Notes under the pieces: generated by a model
The model's input: only the letters and a program-made list of their open reading frames with translations
Database searches by the model: none
Told to the model about the DNA's origin: nothing
Position numbers and translations under genes: made by a program
Shown: piece by piece, positions 24,857-38,081 of the stretch
Position numbering within the stretch: the first letter of the stretch is position 1
Layout: the number at the start of each line of letters is the position of its first letter
From: Gordius albopunctatus
Taxonomy: Eukaryota
Reading direction: 5' to 3'
DNA length: 64,000 bases
NCBI GenBank assembly: GCA_964276515.1
Contig: OZ193909.1
Coordinates: 16,120,001-16,184,000, forward strand

Positions 24857-27826
24857 TCAGGTCGAAAAACGGCTATAAAAATCAAATACAAAATTATGAT
24901 AGTTTCAAACAAGATTTTACAAGAAAAGGCTAGGGCGTCCACCACAAACGACGCGAACTGCATACCCCGCTCGTGCAATGTGAAAAATACACTAGGGTTA
25001 CTACCCAACTCACAACAAAGGCGGTTAAGGAAACTAGTTGTGGAAAAGATGCGAATTAAGTGCTGGAATGTGGGAACGTTGACGGGGAAGAGCATCGAGG
25101 TCGCACAGATGCTAAAAAGAAGAAAGGTACACATTGCCTGCCTACAAGAGACTAGGTGGAACGGAACGAAAGCTCGCGATTTAGGAGAAGGATACAAGCT
25201 TTTCTACAGTGAGTCATCAAATTGTAGAAACAGGGTCGGTATCGTTCTAAGCGAATCGTTCAAGGACAAGGTGGTGGAAGTCAAGCGTTGTTCTGACATG
25301 CTAATGTGGGTGAAGATTGCAGATCAAGAAATTGGATGTTTGGAATCAGAGAAAGACATATTCTTCGATTCATTGGAAAAGGAAATACAAGGAATAGGAC
25401 AGGAATAAAGGCTAATTATTGGGGCAGATTTCAACACTCACTTTGGGAAAGATCGCCTCGGGTATGAACGCAATCATGGAGGCTATGGGCAAGGTCTGAA
25501 GAATAAAGAAGGGCAAAAACTGCTCCAAGTATCCCAAGCATATGACATGGCGATTGTTAGCACCTATTTTCAAAAGCGCGAAGATCATATTGTGACCTAT
25601 AGGAGTGGGAAGCATTTTAGTCAAATCGACTATTTGCTTATACGGCGAAAGGACTTATGGAGTATCAAGGATTGCAAAGTAATACCGGGAGAAGAAATCA
25701 CCAGGTAACATCATCCCTTTGTTATGGATCTTGACAGAAGAGTATTTCCCGAAAGAAGAAAGGTCTATGAACCTCGAATTTGATACGAAAGGCTAAAGGA
25801 TACGTCGACGAACAAAGAATACCATCAAAAAGCCTGCTCACTCTTAGGTGCAAGGAAGTTGCAAAGGGACGTAGACGACGATTGGGAGACGCTATCTAAG
25901 GACGTTAAGGAAACAGCGATTTGTGTTCTAGGACAGACCAAAGGAGGCAAAGCTATGAATAGGGAACTATGGTGGTGGGATCAATCGGTTAAAGATTTTA
26001 TCAAAAGAAAGAAAGATCTATATAGACGGTGGCAGTAAAGGTACGCAAAGAGGGCCGCAAAAAAGGTCGTTGCAAAAGCGAAGAATGCCGCGTACACCGA
26101 GATGGCAAACAAACTGGATCATAAAGGGGGCGATAGGCTTATGTACAAATTGGGCAAGATAAGGGAGAAGAAAAGTCGCGATGTCGGAGTTCTTAAAATA
26201 GTCAAAAGCGAGCAGGGTCAAACCTTATTCAAGCCGCAAGAAGTGATGGAAAGGTTGAAAGGATATTTTAAGAAACTTATGAATATTGCAAATGACAAGG
26301 ATTCCCTTCCCGAAATTGAGCCAAATATAAGTATGGTCGAACTCTTTCAGGAGGATGAAGTTAGGACACAAATGAACAAGATAAAAAAAGGAAAAGCAAA
26401 TGGTCCAGATGGAATACCTATTGAAGCATTGCTCGGATTTCGTGAAGAAGGAGTCACCACCATGATGAACCTCCTTAACAAGATATTGGTAGACAAGCGA
26501 ATCCCTAATCAATATAGCAAGCAAGATTATACCATTATTCAAAGGAAAAGGAGACCCTCTGGACTGCGGCAATTACAGAGGTATGAAGCTAACTTGCCCC
26601 CCCCCCCTTGAAGCTTTTGGAAAGAATCTTAGTAACAAGGCTGAAAAGCGAGGTGAAAATATCGGCTAATCAATTCGGATTCGTGGCCGGCAAATCCACA
26701 ATCGACCCAATCTTCGCCCTAAGACAAATGATGGATGAGTATGGTGAAAAGAGGAAAGACCTACATATGGTTTTTATCGACTTGGAAAAAGCTTATGACA
26801 CAGTCCCTCGCGATTTAATATGGTGGTGCCTGAGGAAACAAAATATCCCTGACGCATCTATACGGCTTATGAAAAATATTTATGAAGCTTCAAACTCTTG
26901 CTTTAGGACGACAGTTGGAGACTCTAAACCTTTTCGGGTTAATATTGGATTACATCAAGGCTCTGCTTTAAGTCCCTTTTTATTTAATATAATTATAGAC
27001 ACGATAACGAGGGACTTTCAAAAGCCATCGCCATGGTGTATGCTATATGCCGATGATATAGTACTATGCGAGGAAACAAGGGAGAAAGTATTCGAAGAAG
27101 CCGAAAAGTGGTTAAAGCGCTTAGCTGGATATGGTTTAAAGGTCAACGATCGAACAACGGTATACATGGAAATAAACGGTACAGGTACCCCATCACTGGA
27201 TGACCATCTAAAGTACCAAAAAGTAGACAGGATCACATACCTCGGCTCGATGTTACATCAAGAGGGAGGTTGCGCAACGGAAGTCAATGCCCGGATTCAA
27301 AAAGGATGGCTTAAATGGCGAAGTATATCCGGTGTAATGTGCGACAAGAAAATGCCAATATGGTTGAAGAGCAAAGCTTACAAATCCATCGTAAGACCGG
27401 TGTTACTCTATGGAAGTGAAACATGGGCATTAAACACCACGGAATTAAAGCTATTACAAGCCACAGAGATATGAATGATACGGTGGAGCTTGGGGTATAC
27501 TAAGCTCGATCATATGAAGAATGACGTTCTCATGACAAAAATGGGTATTCAACCTATGGCGGACTTGTTTAATGAAAATCGGCTAAGGTGGTATGGGCAT
27601 ATACTAAGAAGGGATACGGATGACGTAAATCAGAAAGTACTGGATATGGAGGTACCGGGGAAGAGAGGAAGACGACGACCCCGTGTCACGTAGAAAGGGC
27701 AAGTCGATAAAGTTATGGAAACTGAAGAGATTAGTCAAGACATGGCACTCACCCGGTCAAGATGGAAGAAACTTATCAAAACAAACCCCACCAATTTGGG
27801 TCCAAATAACTCATAAAGAAGAAGAA
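24805..27826 (+). mobile_element. Full-length RTE-clade LINE (APE endonuclease plus RT) with several stops and frameshifts
   Basis: EN motifs CWNVGTL, IACLQETRW, GADFN, SQIDY. RT motifs NQFGF, FIDLEKAYD, GLHQGSALSPFLF, YADD. (GAA)n tail. 15-bp TSD gaaaatctt(a/t)aattt at 24790-24804 and 27827-27841. Confidence 0.93.
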
Positions 27827-28778
27827 GAAAATCTTTAATTTCTATTTCATACTTATTCCCGTAATACAACTCAAAAATTAAGAATAAATATAAGAATAAA
27901 CTTGATAAAAATCTTATCTTTTTAGGTCAATAAGCAGTCAATTTACCTTCCTCACTAATTAGAAAGTTAAATTAACGTCAATAAATAAATATTATACAAA
28001 ATATAGATGGCGCTAAATTATAAAACAAACTTTCATAACAGTTTATAAATTTTTAATTATTATGTATTGTGTAAATGATTTTTATTTTAGAATGCTGTTT
28101 CAATTGATATTGCTTATTATTATTACTTAGTTATTCATTCAAAGTAAAATATATTAATATTGCTTATTTAATATTGATTAATATTCTTTAAAACTAAAAT
28201 ATTAAGAAAATCGCAAAATCAACCTGTCTAAAAATAAATTCTTATATAATTTGTCTGCATTCATCTTACTGTTTACGTTAATTTTTGTACCCTTGAACTT
28301 TACATTTAAAAATCTATTATTCTCCTGCTCACCGCTCCCTCAAGAGGTGTCAATACCCAACCATGAAAGGCCAATACCTAAAAGTAAAAATTACAATCGG
28401 AAGCAGCCTGGTGCCCCCCTTATAGGAATATATTCCTCACTCCTCTACAAAAAACGTCTTATTTATAACCATTAACTCAATTAACCTAGTAACTACTTTC
28501 TAGGATATTAATCATATATAAAAATACATTTACACTACACCTGCTGATATTATAAAATACTCTCAGTGATTCTATTATATTTCATTTCTGTCATTTTACT
28601 TCGAAAATAAAGTCCAATTTATTACACGTGTTTCATTCCAACCCTACTTTACATCCCTGCGATATATTGTCCTAATTCTTATTTTTAAACTATAATGAAA
28701 CCAATGCTCGCTTTTCTAAATACGAAACTTTAAAAGAATCGGGAACCTTGCAGACCCTCACTTTGTTTGCCTCTACCT

Positions 28779-30681
28779 TAGTGATGGAAAAACCTCAGGC
28801 TTTGTTGACCTAACCTAATATTTTAGGCTTTTCAAAAACCTTTAAGGTCTTTTAAAAACGCTAACCTTTGCCTGGAGGTAATAGGTCAATCTAAACCTCA
28901 AACCTTGAGGTCGAAATTTGGAGACTAATCTATAGCTTAGGTTAGTGTAAAATTAACCTAAACGCTAAACCTTTAGGTTAACTTAATTGACCTAAGGTCA
29001 ATATTTTTTTTTAAATATAATATAAAATAGAAATTTTAAGATGAATTCAGATTAAAAATCAAGTTATCTAACGAGAAAAAATTTAATTTCTTATTACTTA
29101 ATTTTTAAGTAAGAAATCGAGATTTGGGTTCTGAATCTCTACCAGTCTCTATAAATTGTTTTATTAGTAATTGCCATCATTTTGTAAAATATTGCTTTTG
29201 TGTGCGATGTGGCGTGACGTGACCAATAGTGGTTGTATTTGCATCTAGCTACTATGTTCTCTTCTATAAGTGAAGTAGTCTGTTATGATGATGTTAGTTG
29301 TTTCATTGTATGGCTATTACTAATTAATGAAATTAGTAAAATACCGTTTTATTGCAAACTTAAAGCTAGGAGATTTGTTAATTTATTTAATGAATATTAC
29401 ATTTTTGCAATAAATCACTGGGCATTTATTGTTTGAATGATTTTGATAGGAGAACGGAAATAGAAATATTTAATCCTGTGTAAAAAAAATTTTGAGATGT
29501 TTTGTTCAAAATTTTATGAAACTATTGTGCCTTTAAAGTAAACATCTCAACACAGTTAGCTTAAAATAGAACTTTAACTTTGCTAGTAAGATTGAAATTT
29601 ATTTTGCACATGAAAACTATTTAATTAAAATTGATGTAGTTTAGTATTGTAAAGAGATACATTTTCTCTCATTTCAATGTTTATTATAACAGAATAATAG
29701 CTTAATAAAAAATTTGAACAAAACTATTCGTGTCTTTTAGATAGATAAAAAAATCTCAAAAATACTTTTTACACAGAATTTAATATTTCTATTTTCGGTC
29801 TCTTACTAAAATCAATCAAACAATAAGTGCCGAGTAATTTATTGCAAAAATGTTAAACTTATTTATTGAATTAAAAAATCTTATAAAATTTTACTTGAGG
29901 AACTTTATACGTAACATTTTTCTTTAGGTTTACAATGAAACAGTATTTCAGTTCCAATAGCTGTTTTTCATGCTAAGGTGGTTAGCTTCTTTAGATATTT
30001 GGATTAGGGGTGATGCTCGGCTATCCAGGCCTGACAGCCGTGTTGACGATGTGCTTTTTAATCCTTTGAAATAAGTGCCAGAGGCGAGATCAAACTTGCG
30101 AGCTCTTGCTTCAAAGAATAAACCTATACGCACTATGCCACCATGCCACTTCATTCATAAGTAATAGCGAAAATTATCATAGCAGACTACTTTACATAGA
30201 GAAGAAAATATAGTAGCTAGATGCAAATACAACCACACTCAGTCACGTTACGCCCATCGCCCACAAAAGAATTATTTTACAAATAAAACAATATTGAGGT
30301 AGGTAGAGATTAAGAACCTCAATCTCAATTTTAAAGAAATAAAATTTTTCATTGTCAGTTTACTTTATTTTAGATCTGAATAAATCTTAAATATTTTATA
30401 TTGTATGTGTAAAAAATAAATAAGACAAAGTTCTAAAAGACCTATATTTAAGTTAAAATTTTACAGTATATACAAAAATATTGACCTCAAGTCAATTAAA
30501 TTAACCTAAAGATTTAGGATATATATATTGGTCAACCTAATAGCGTTTAGGTAAATTTATGCTCTAACCTAAATTATGCTTCTCAATTGACCTCGAGGTT
30601 TAAGGTTAATTTCTAATTAAAACCTCGATGCAGAGTTTAGCGTTTATAAAGAAATTCACGCCTAACCTTTTCCCACCACTA
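28779..30681. mobile_element. ~1.9-kb foldback-like element with hAT-type termini and long imperfect inverted arms
   Basis: Termini TAGTGATGG... / ...CCCACCACTA; 29130-29310 is inverted at 30170-30330, and 29400-29500 is inverted at 29750-29850. Confidence 0.7.
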
Positions 30682-30709
30682 TGCATACTCAATTATAAAA
30701 GTTTCGAGC

Positions 30710-31030
30710 GTATTTGCTCAAGTGATCTAATGCTCAAGTAATCTAAAATTTGCAAAGAATGCTTATAACTAATTAATTTTATTATTAATCATGTTAAAAA
30801 CGCTTTAAAAGGTTGAAAAAACATATATTAAGCATATAACATATGAAGATTAGCTTTTTTATTGCTGCATATATATTTTCTTTCCTATTAAACATATAAT
30901 ATATGAAGTTCAAACTTTTTATTATTTTCTTTCATAGGGTTAGGGTTAGAGATATACTTATCTAATAATGTTTAAATTACAATTTTTGTGCATTAGATTA
31001 CTTGAGCATTAGACCGGTTGAGTATAAATT
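30710..31030. mobile_element. MITE with a 9-bp direct flank (Mutator-like) upstream of UBFD1
   Basis: Inverted 'ctaatgctcaagtaatctaa' / 'ttagattacttgagcattag'; gtttcgagc at 30701-30709 and 31031-31039. Confidence 0.55.
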
Positions 31031-31317
31031 GTTTCGAGCAGTTGCATCGTCAGCTTTTTAACAGCTGAGTTCTTTCATTCGTCTATTATGGGAGACAAAG
31101 ATTCTCCTGAACAAATTGGTAACGAGATTAAAATGAAAACGGAGCTTGTTAATGAAAGTATATATATTATCTGCCATAATTAAAACATAGATAATCTGTA
31201 GGTCATTGCGCGAATAAAGATAGTCATGGTGAGACTTTTTTATTTTAAGTAAATGCAACGTTTTTCTAACGTTTTTAAAATATATACCAAAGAATTTTTT
31301 AATATTTATCTATGCAG

Positions 31318-34300
31318 AAAATGTAATTGACCTATCATGTAATGACTCAGATTTGACATCAAATGAGAATAATTCGCAAAATGGAGAGCATCTTAAAGTC
31401 TTTTCCTGTAAAAAGGATATTGAACATTTTGGAGATACTGAATCATTTGAAATAATCAAAATTAAAATTTTATACAAAAAAGAAAAACATGATCTCTCAA
31501 TAATAAACTCTTCCACAATTAAAGAATTGAAATATGAAATATCAAAGCTTACAGGTAAGGTAATTTCTAAAGTTCTCTGTCACATTTTTAAAGGCCTTCA
31601 CACAACACTTCAGAAAATCATGTTCAAAGGTTATATAAATCAAACTCATACTCAATATTTATATATATATAATTGTTAAACCTTGTTGATAAAAACTATG
31701 AATAATACTTGATTTTAAAATTAACTATTTAATTATTTTCAAATATTTTATCCAAATAATTAAAACAAATAGGTCCAGTAAAAGAAACACAAACTCTGAA
31801 GGAGTTAGGTGCTACAGATGGGTCAAAATTTATGGTTATTGGCTCAACAATTGATGATATACTATCAATTAGGCCTCCTGATAAAACACAAAACCCAATA
31901 GCTGAACCTATTGAAATAAATTCCGATAATAAATTAGGCAAACAGAGGGTACTAGTAATTTCTTTACTGCTTTTATAAAAAAAATAGATTCATATCAAAG
32001 TGTTGGAAAAAGGTAAACCAGAAGATGCTATGGTTGGTATCAAGAATATAAAAGTAAATAATATATTGAATTTTTAATTAATTCTGTTTCTACATGACTA
32101 ATCTCAATTTTCAACAATCATTTATCAAAATTATGGCTTAATTATTTTGCACATTTTTATATGTATTAACACCTGAGATCAGTCGCGTAGCCAGGATTTT
32201 CTCCCGGGGGGGGGGGGGGGGAATCTCCAAAAAAAATGTTAAATCATTTTTATTTCAACATCAAAAAAATCTGGTATAAAACATAAAGAAAGTCATTATA
32301 AATAATTAACTTGCCCTGTATTTACGCCACTGCCTGAGATTGATTCTTATTAAAATCTACACTATGTGGCCCTCATTCCTCCCCCTTGGTAATTTACTGT
32401 TAAGGCAAAACCATTATTATGCCCTTTTTGTATTTTTACAAAACTCTTAGCATTTGTCCAATCGAAATTTTAGCACATGGCGAAAAAATGTGTTTTAACT
32501 ATTTCAGCTTGTTTTCATGCACCTATAAGCTTACACCTAGCCTTGTAAAAACAGCTGCGTTTCTTAGTCTACCTCTGAACTTGGTTGAAATTTGAAAAAC
32601 AGCCCCAGACTTGACCGTTAGTTTTAGCTGAATCAAAAGTGGAGCAAACAAAACCCAGACCATTTTACAATACTGCTAGGCCTATCAAGCAGCACTTTTA
32701 AAAATCCTGGGTTCCATAATGATATCATTATTGACTTTATTTATTTATTTATGAATCTTTGTTTTTTATTCTCCAAATATTATATTAGAAATATTTAATC
32801 TTCTTTTTTAGTTTTTGTGCCGCTTTAGAAAAGCGTTTTTTTTTAATATCTGACGAATTTGAAACTTTTTATAACGAAATGTTATAAGTTTTGGTAACCC
32901 ATTACATTATGACATGGTTCTGGTAAGGATTAGGAAACGGTTTGCACATTTGGGCTCAACGAGATTTTTCTTTGTAGTGTATTAATTTGTCTTACTCTAT
33001 TATTTTGTCACATTGTTTAATATTTACTTATCCTAATTCTTATAACAAAAATCTTGAATTAAATCATAAAATTTTGGATAAATATGATAAAATAAGCAAT
33101 AAGAATTAAAAAAAAAATTATTATCGCCCATGGTCGGGCCGACACTTCGAGGTGTTCAGGCGGACCATTTAGTTATAAAATGGGAGCGGGTGCGAGCCAA
33201 AAAATTTAAACAAATCTAACCTCTGGTTTGCACTGATAAAATTTCTTGGCCCTGAAGTCAAAAGTGTTTATTATGGAAAAGGTCCGTCCTAATGATGTCA
33301 GCACATTTTGAACATTTTTTTATAAATCCAGCACACCTGGCGAAATGCACAGCTGGAAAAAAGTCAAAATAATTGCAAAAAATGTGCTTATCTATATATA
33401 TATATATATATATTATATATAATAGAATATATGATTATATATACAATATATATCTCTTTAGAATTGCATGATTTAGTAAAATTTAACAAATCGATACAAA
33501 ATTTGTAGGCTATACAATGTAGAACCTGAGAGTGACAATGATATATAACTTGCAATAGATAATAATTGTAAAACAGAATTATTATTTATATTCCTCATAT
33601 AAAATATTCAAAATTTAGTGATAAAATTATATGTTGCTTAATGTTGGATTATTTGTTTCCCAACATAATATTAGTAAATTCGCCACATGTGCATTTCGCC
33701 AGGTGTGCAGGAGCGTTTTTATCCACGTTCGTGATGCTTAAATTGCAGGATTTTCAGAATCGCTAGTCAAACTTCATTTTATCGAAATAAACTATGCTTA
33801 CTTTACGTTAATTATATATCCACCTCGGAACATTTGGGAGAGAACTGAAATTTAAATACAGTGGCACTTGTTTTGGCATAGTATTAAACGTTTTCACTTT
33901 ACGGTTTGGGTTAGAACCCCTCCCATGATTTTCAATTTATATAATTTTTATATTGTTTTATTTAATCAAAATAAATATTTGTTGCAATTTTACCTTTAAT
34001 ATTTATTATTTTTACGCTATTGTTACTTTAAACTTTTAGGGAAAAAAATAAATTTTCACCCCAAAAAATAGTTTCGAAAGAAATTCGCCTAAATTTTATA
34101 ACCCCCCCCCCTCCCCTTGAGGAAATCCTAGTTACGCCTACGAATACGTCATAAACCGATTGTGTCTGTCTATCCATCACGAAAAAACAAATACTTTAAA
34201 TCAGTCTCTGAAATCAATATTGATATGGCTTTAAAGCTTTCCCCTTACTATGTGGATATAATAGAATGGGCGTAGGCAGAATTGAGATTAGAGGGGGGGC

Positions 34301-37300
34301 GATTATGATTGGAGGGGCAAAATGATCATTTTTGAAATTTTAGCCATAATTTAACAGAATTTCAACAAATTTTTGGATTTAGAGGGGGGCAACTGCCCCT
34401 CCCTGCCCTTGGCTAGGCCCATGAATCGGTTTAACAAGTCGTAATAACTGGAAGATTGCTTAGGCACGGCTTGTAAGTTTGATGTCGACTTGGACACTAA
34501 TAGAATGCCGTTAATTCTCTTTAATTTAAATTTTTGTTGTTAAGACAGAGGTGCGGTTTTTTAAAATCAAATGTTCTCGACGAAAAATATTTTTTGACGT
34601 AAATATATTTAGGATAAATCTCTTATAGCCAAAAATTAATTAGTTTTGTTGATTCGAAAAAAACAAAGCTGATATTAAAGTTAAAAGTTGTCGGGACAAG
34701 GAAGTTTTTCAAGGAGAATATTCCAGTTTTGTTCATTACTAATTTAATCTAGTACATATTTTGGCAACTAAAATCGATAAAAATTTTGATTTCTTTGAAA
34801 ATGATTATTATTTTCAATCATTTACTAAATAACCAACTAGTCAAACAGCGATTTGCTTTGCTTTAGGTTATTAATAATATGCCTTTTTCACGTGGTCCCA
34901 AAGAAAGTTATTTTTAATAGAAATAACAATATTTTTTTCTGCCTACACATATAATTCAATATCTACTTTATTTTTTTATTATAAAAATATAAGTCGAATA
35001 TAATTATTTACCTTCCAATTTCTTATATCCTTTTCCATTTAGTATGATTAAAATACTTGTGGAAAAGGGTAAAATATAAGAAATTTTACGCTTAAATGAA
35101 TTAAAAATTAATTTTTAAGATTTAAAAGGGATATTTTCTTGTAACACTGCAGTTGTTTTTTTGTGAAATTACTAAGTATATTATTTAAAATTCTTGATCG
35201 TAAATTACGAACCCGTTTTCCCTTTAAACAAAGTCTAAATAGTTAAACGAAATGCCTAAACTTAAATGAGAGTATTTTAAATATCTTCTAAATTAATGAT
35301 TAATTACATAATATTTAAACCCCAAGTTGGACATGAGGGACAGGCATGTGCGTAGCCAGAATTGAAATTAGAGTGGTGGGGGCAATAATGATTAGGGAGG
35401 GGCAAAATAAACATCTTTTGAAATTTAGTCATAATTTAAATAAATTCTAACAAAATTTGGGATTTAGAGGCCTTGGCCCCCTGGCTATGCCGACATTTTT
35501 CACCGAAAGTAAGCCCATAAATTGTATGACGGCCTTATCCTTATTATGTTTTTTTTACTAAACCTAATAACAATTACCTGCTTACCCTAACTTATGATTC
35601 GATGGTATCGCAATAATTTTTATACTCTGTTCGCCTATTGCCCTCGCTCTTTCACTCGATAATAGTGCTAAGTTGCGTTTGTAATGAATTCCTTGAAATT
35701 CCAACTGTATATAAAATCGCAAAATTTTTGCTGAAAATTGACATGGCCACCGTCATAATAAGCTTGTCGTTTGGCTCGTTCAGGAACCCCTACCCATTGA
35801 TCCATTAACTGGGATGCTGGAGAGAGGGGGTGGCAAGCTTCGCCTCACTTTCAAACTGGAACTCGATCAACTTTGGATTGGCACCAAAGGTTAATTTTAT
35901 CATTGTAAAATTTTATTATGGACCAACTTGGTTGATCTTTCGATAAAGGGTGGTTATCGCTTCATAGTCTCAAACGTGTGTTCCTTAATTTTATTGTTTG
36001 AAACCTCATGCTCATGTAGTTTTTTGCTTAGCGGGGGGGCGGATTAAGGGGAAAAAATTGTTCAATGCAAAAACTTTGAAAAATTGAAAAAATTTCATGT
36101 TTTGCCCCCCCCCTCCCCCCCCCCCTAATCCAAAACCTGGCTACACCCATGAGAGTATATGTGGGAATTTCATTGAGGCTCATGATTTTTAAAAGTCCCG
36201 AATAGGCAATTTTTATAAACTTATTAAGAAGAACCGTATAATTAATATAAAATTGCTATTATTAATTTCTGAAAACAATAACTCAGTGGTGTATGAATAA
36301 GAGAGATATATATAACATTTCCGCACTTTGTAGCGCAAACTTAACCTTGCTTTGGTAGGAGGGGCTAGAAACTTTTTGGCTAAATCCCCAGAGAAGAACA
36401 ACGCTAATTTTTATTTAAAATCTGAAAAATTTGTTGATATGGGATGCCTTTACCGAGTAGCTTATAATATGAAATTGACTTTCTGTATAAATCTCTTAGA
36501 TCGTACCCAAAAAATACCCTTGAATTCCATAGTTGCAATAGTTAGTGAGGCGATAGAAGACCACGAAGAGTATCACATTATGGTGAGATAGTTTTGTACA
36601 ATTCTCAGCACAAATGCAAAAAATTATAACTATAAATTATAAAATTTTCATTCGCCTTTCCTCCTTTTCAAATATAATCACTTATGCATCGCCACAATCT
36701 GAACAACCTAATTTGCTATTCTATGTAATACTTTGTTTTAGAGTTGTAAAAACGGCAAGGTTTTTTTGGTCTAAATTTGATTCAATCTGGTCTCCTTTTC
36801 AAATTTTTACTAAACATAGAGGTCGACTAAACATAAACAGACCAAAAACCCTTAGTCTACGAAAACCAAATATCAATCAAAATTAATTTAGCCGTTCTTA
36901 CAACACTACTTGGTTTGTTGAATCCACTCTTTCCCCTTAATTTAATATTTGTGCAAATTTTAATCTTGTTTCATAGTTAGGAGCGAGGACAAAATGTTAA
37001 ATATCTTTCATTTTCTAAATTGCCTTTCGCTCTAAAGTCCCCTAAAACTTCAAGTATTTACAAAAAAAATTATTATTTGCCTTTTTGGTACGCAGAAATA
37101 GGTTTCTTATATCTTATCTTCCACGCCGAACATTTATATGCTAATCAAATTAAATCAATCAGACTAAATTTGTACCTTTCCTCTTTTCATGTGAGTACAC
37201 AGAAATCCTCACGACATAATTAATCCCAATTGAATATATTAGCCAAAAAACTGACGGTCTTTTCATCATGGCAAATTATGCTTATGTTGTTTTATGATGG

Positions 37301-37499
37301 TGACCAAGGAGTTTCGTAATAAAGCCTAACAGCATTTCCTACTACATCGGCAATTTATTTTTTGAATTTTTATTTTGACTTGTTTGCTTTACGACACCTT
37401 TAGGGTATTCAATTAGGACCTACAGAAGCGTCTCGATACTGGATCTACTGGGTACCTGCTCAATATATCGAATCCATTAAAAAGGCTATCTTTGGATAA
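31318..37499 (+). CDS. UBFD1: Ubiquitin domain-containing protein UBFD1 (start exon uncertain, possibly ATG at 31253)
   Basis: Exons 31318-31554, 31594-31629, 31773-31948, 31988-32053, 35784-35889, 36500-36582, 37404-37499. Motifs LQKIMFKG, KFMVIGSTIDD, HIKVLEKGKPED, LRLTFKLELDQLWIGTK, LGPTEASRYWIYWVP. Confidence 0.9.
32180..32332. mobile_element. Short hAT-type MITE (GC-rich CAKKSGCGTAGCC family)
   Basis: CAGTCGCGTA...TACGCCACTG with a perfect 8-bp TSD cctgagat. Relatives at ~34268-34423, 35345-35492, 36030-36151, 39193-39316, 44486-44639, 61640-61708 and 63838-63992. Confidence 0.8.
33327..33712. mobile_element. MITE with 25-bp TIRs in a UBFD1 intron
   Basis: tccagcacacctggcgaaatgcaca / tgtgcatttcgccaggtgtgcagga. 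Confidence 0.7.
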
Positions 37500-38081
37500 T
37501 CCTGATGATACGTTTACTACCGCACTCTAACGTCCTATATCTACATGCATATTACCGTTTTTATATTTATCAACAAATATTTATAAAATGTTTGATTACA
37601 CGTGCATATGGGTTTCGTAGGCGGTGTGCCAAATCTTTAGATAAATCTCCAAATTCAAATGTGTATCTTCTTAGGTAACGAAGATGAAGCAATAAATTTA
37701 TCATAGCGAATTTTTTATATATTGTTGAGTTTAAATTGAATCTTATTTTTATGCATAGTTATGGGTATATCTAGGGATAAACCCCCCCCCCCTCCCCAAC
37801 CCCGACAATTCTTTTTCCATAAAATTATAATCGAAATGTTAAATATCTTATTATGTAATTCCTTTTATCCTCTTCCAATATTTATATTCTGATTGTCAAT
37901 TATGATTAATAGGTATTTTTGTGTTGAAAATTGCATGGCTATTCGTCTGTTTTGTATCAGTAATTAAATTATGGGAAAATTAAAATGTTTATTTATCGGA
38001 TAATTTGTTTTTTGGCATCACACCTAAGTGCTTAACTTCATTTCACTCGTATTGTGGGATATAACTAAATTTTATAAAATA

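Noticed and set aside
30935..30950. Telomeric TTAGGG repeats (also at 52975-52987)
   Set aside because: Only two units, internal to MITE-like sequence.
31030..31058. CUGACGA...GAAAC motif on the minus strand
   Set aside because: Stem II closing pair is mismatched and there is no stem III or cleavage triplet.
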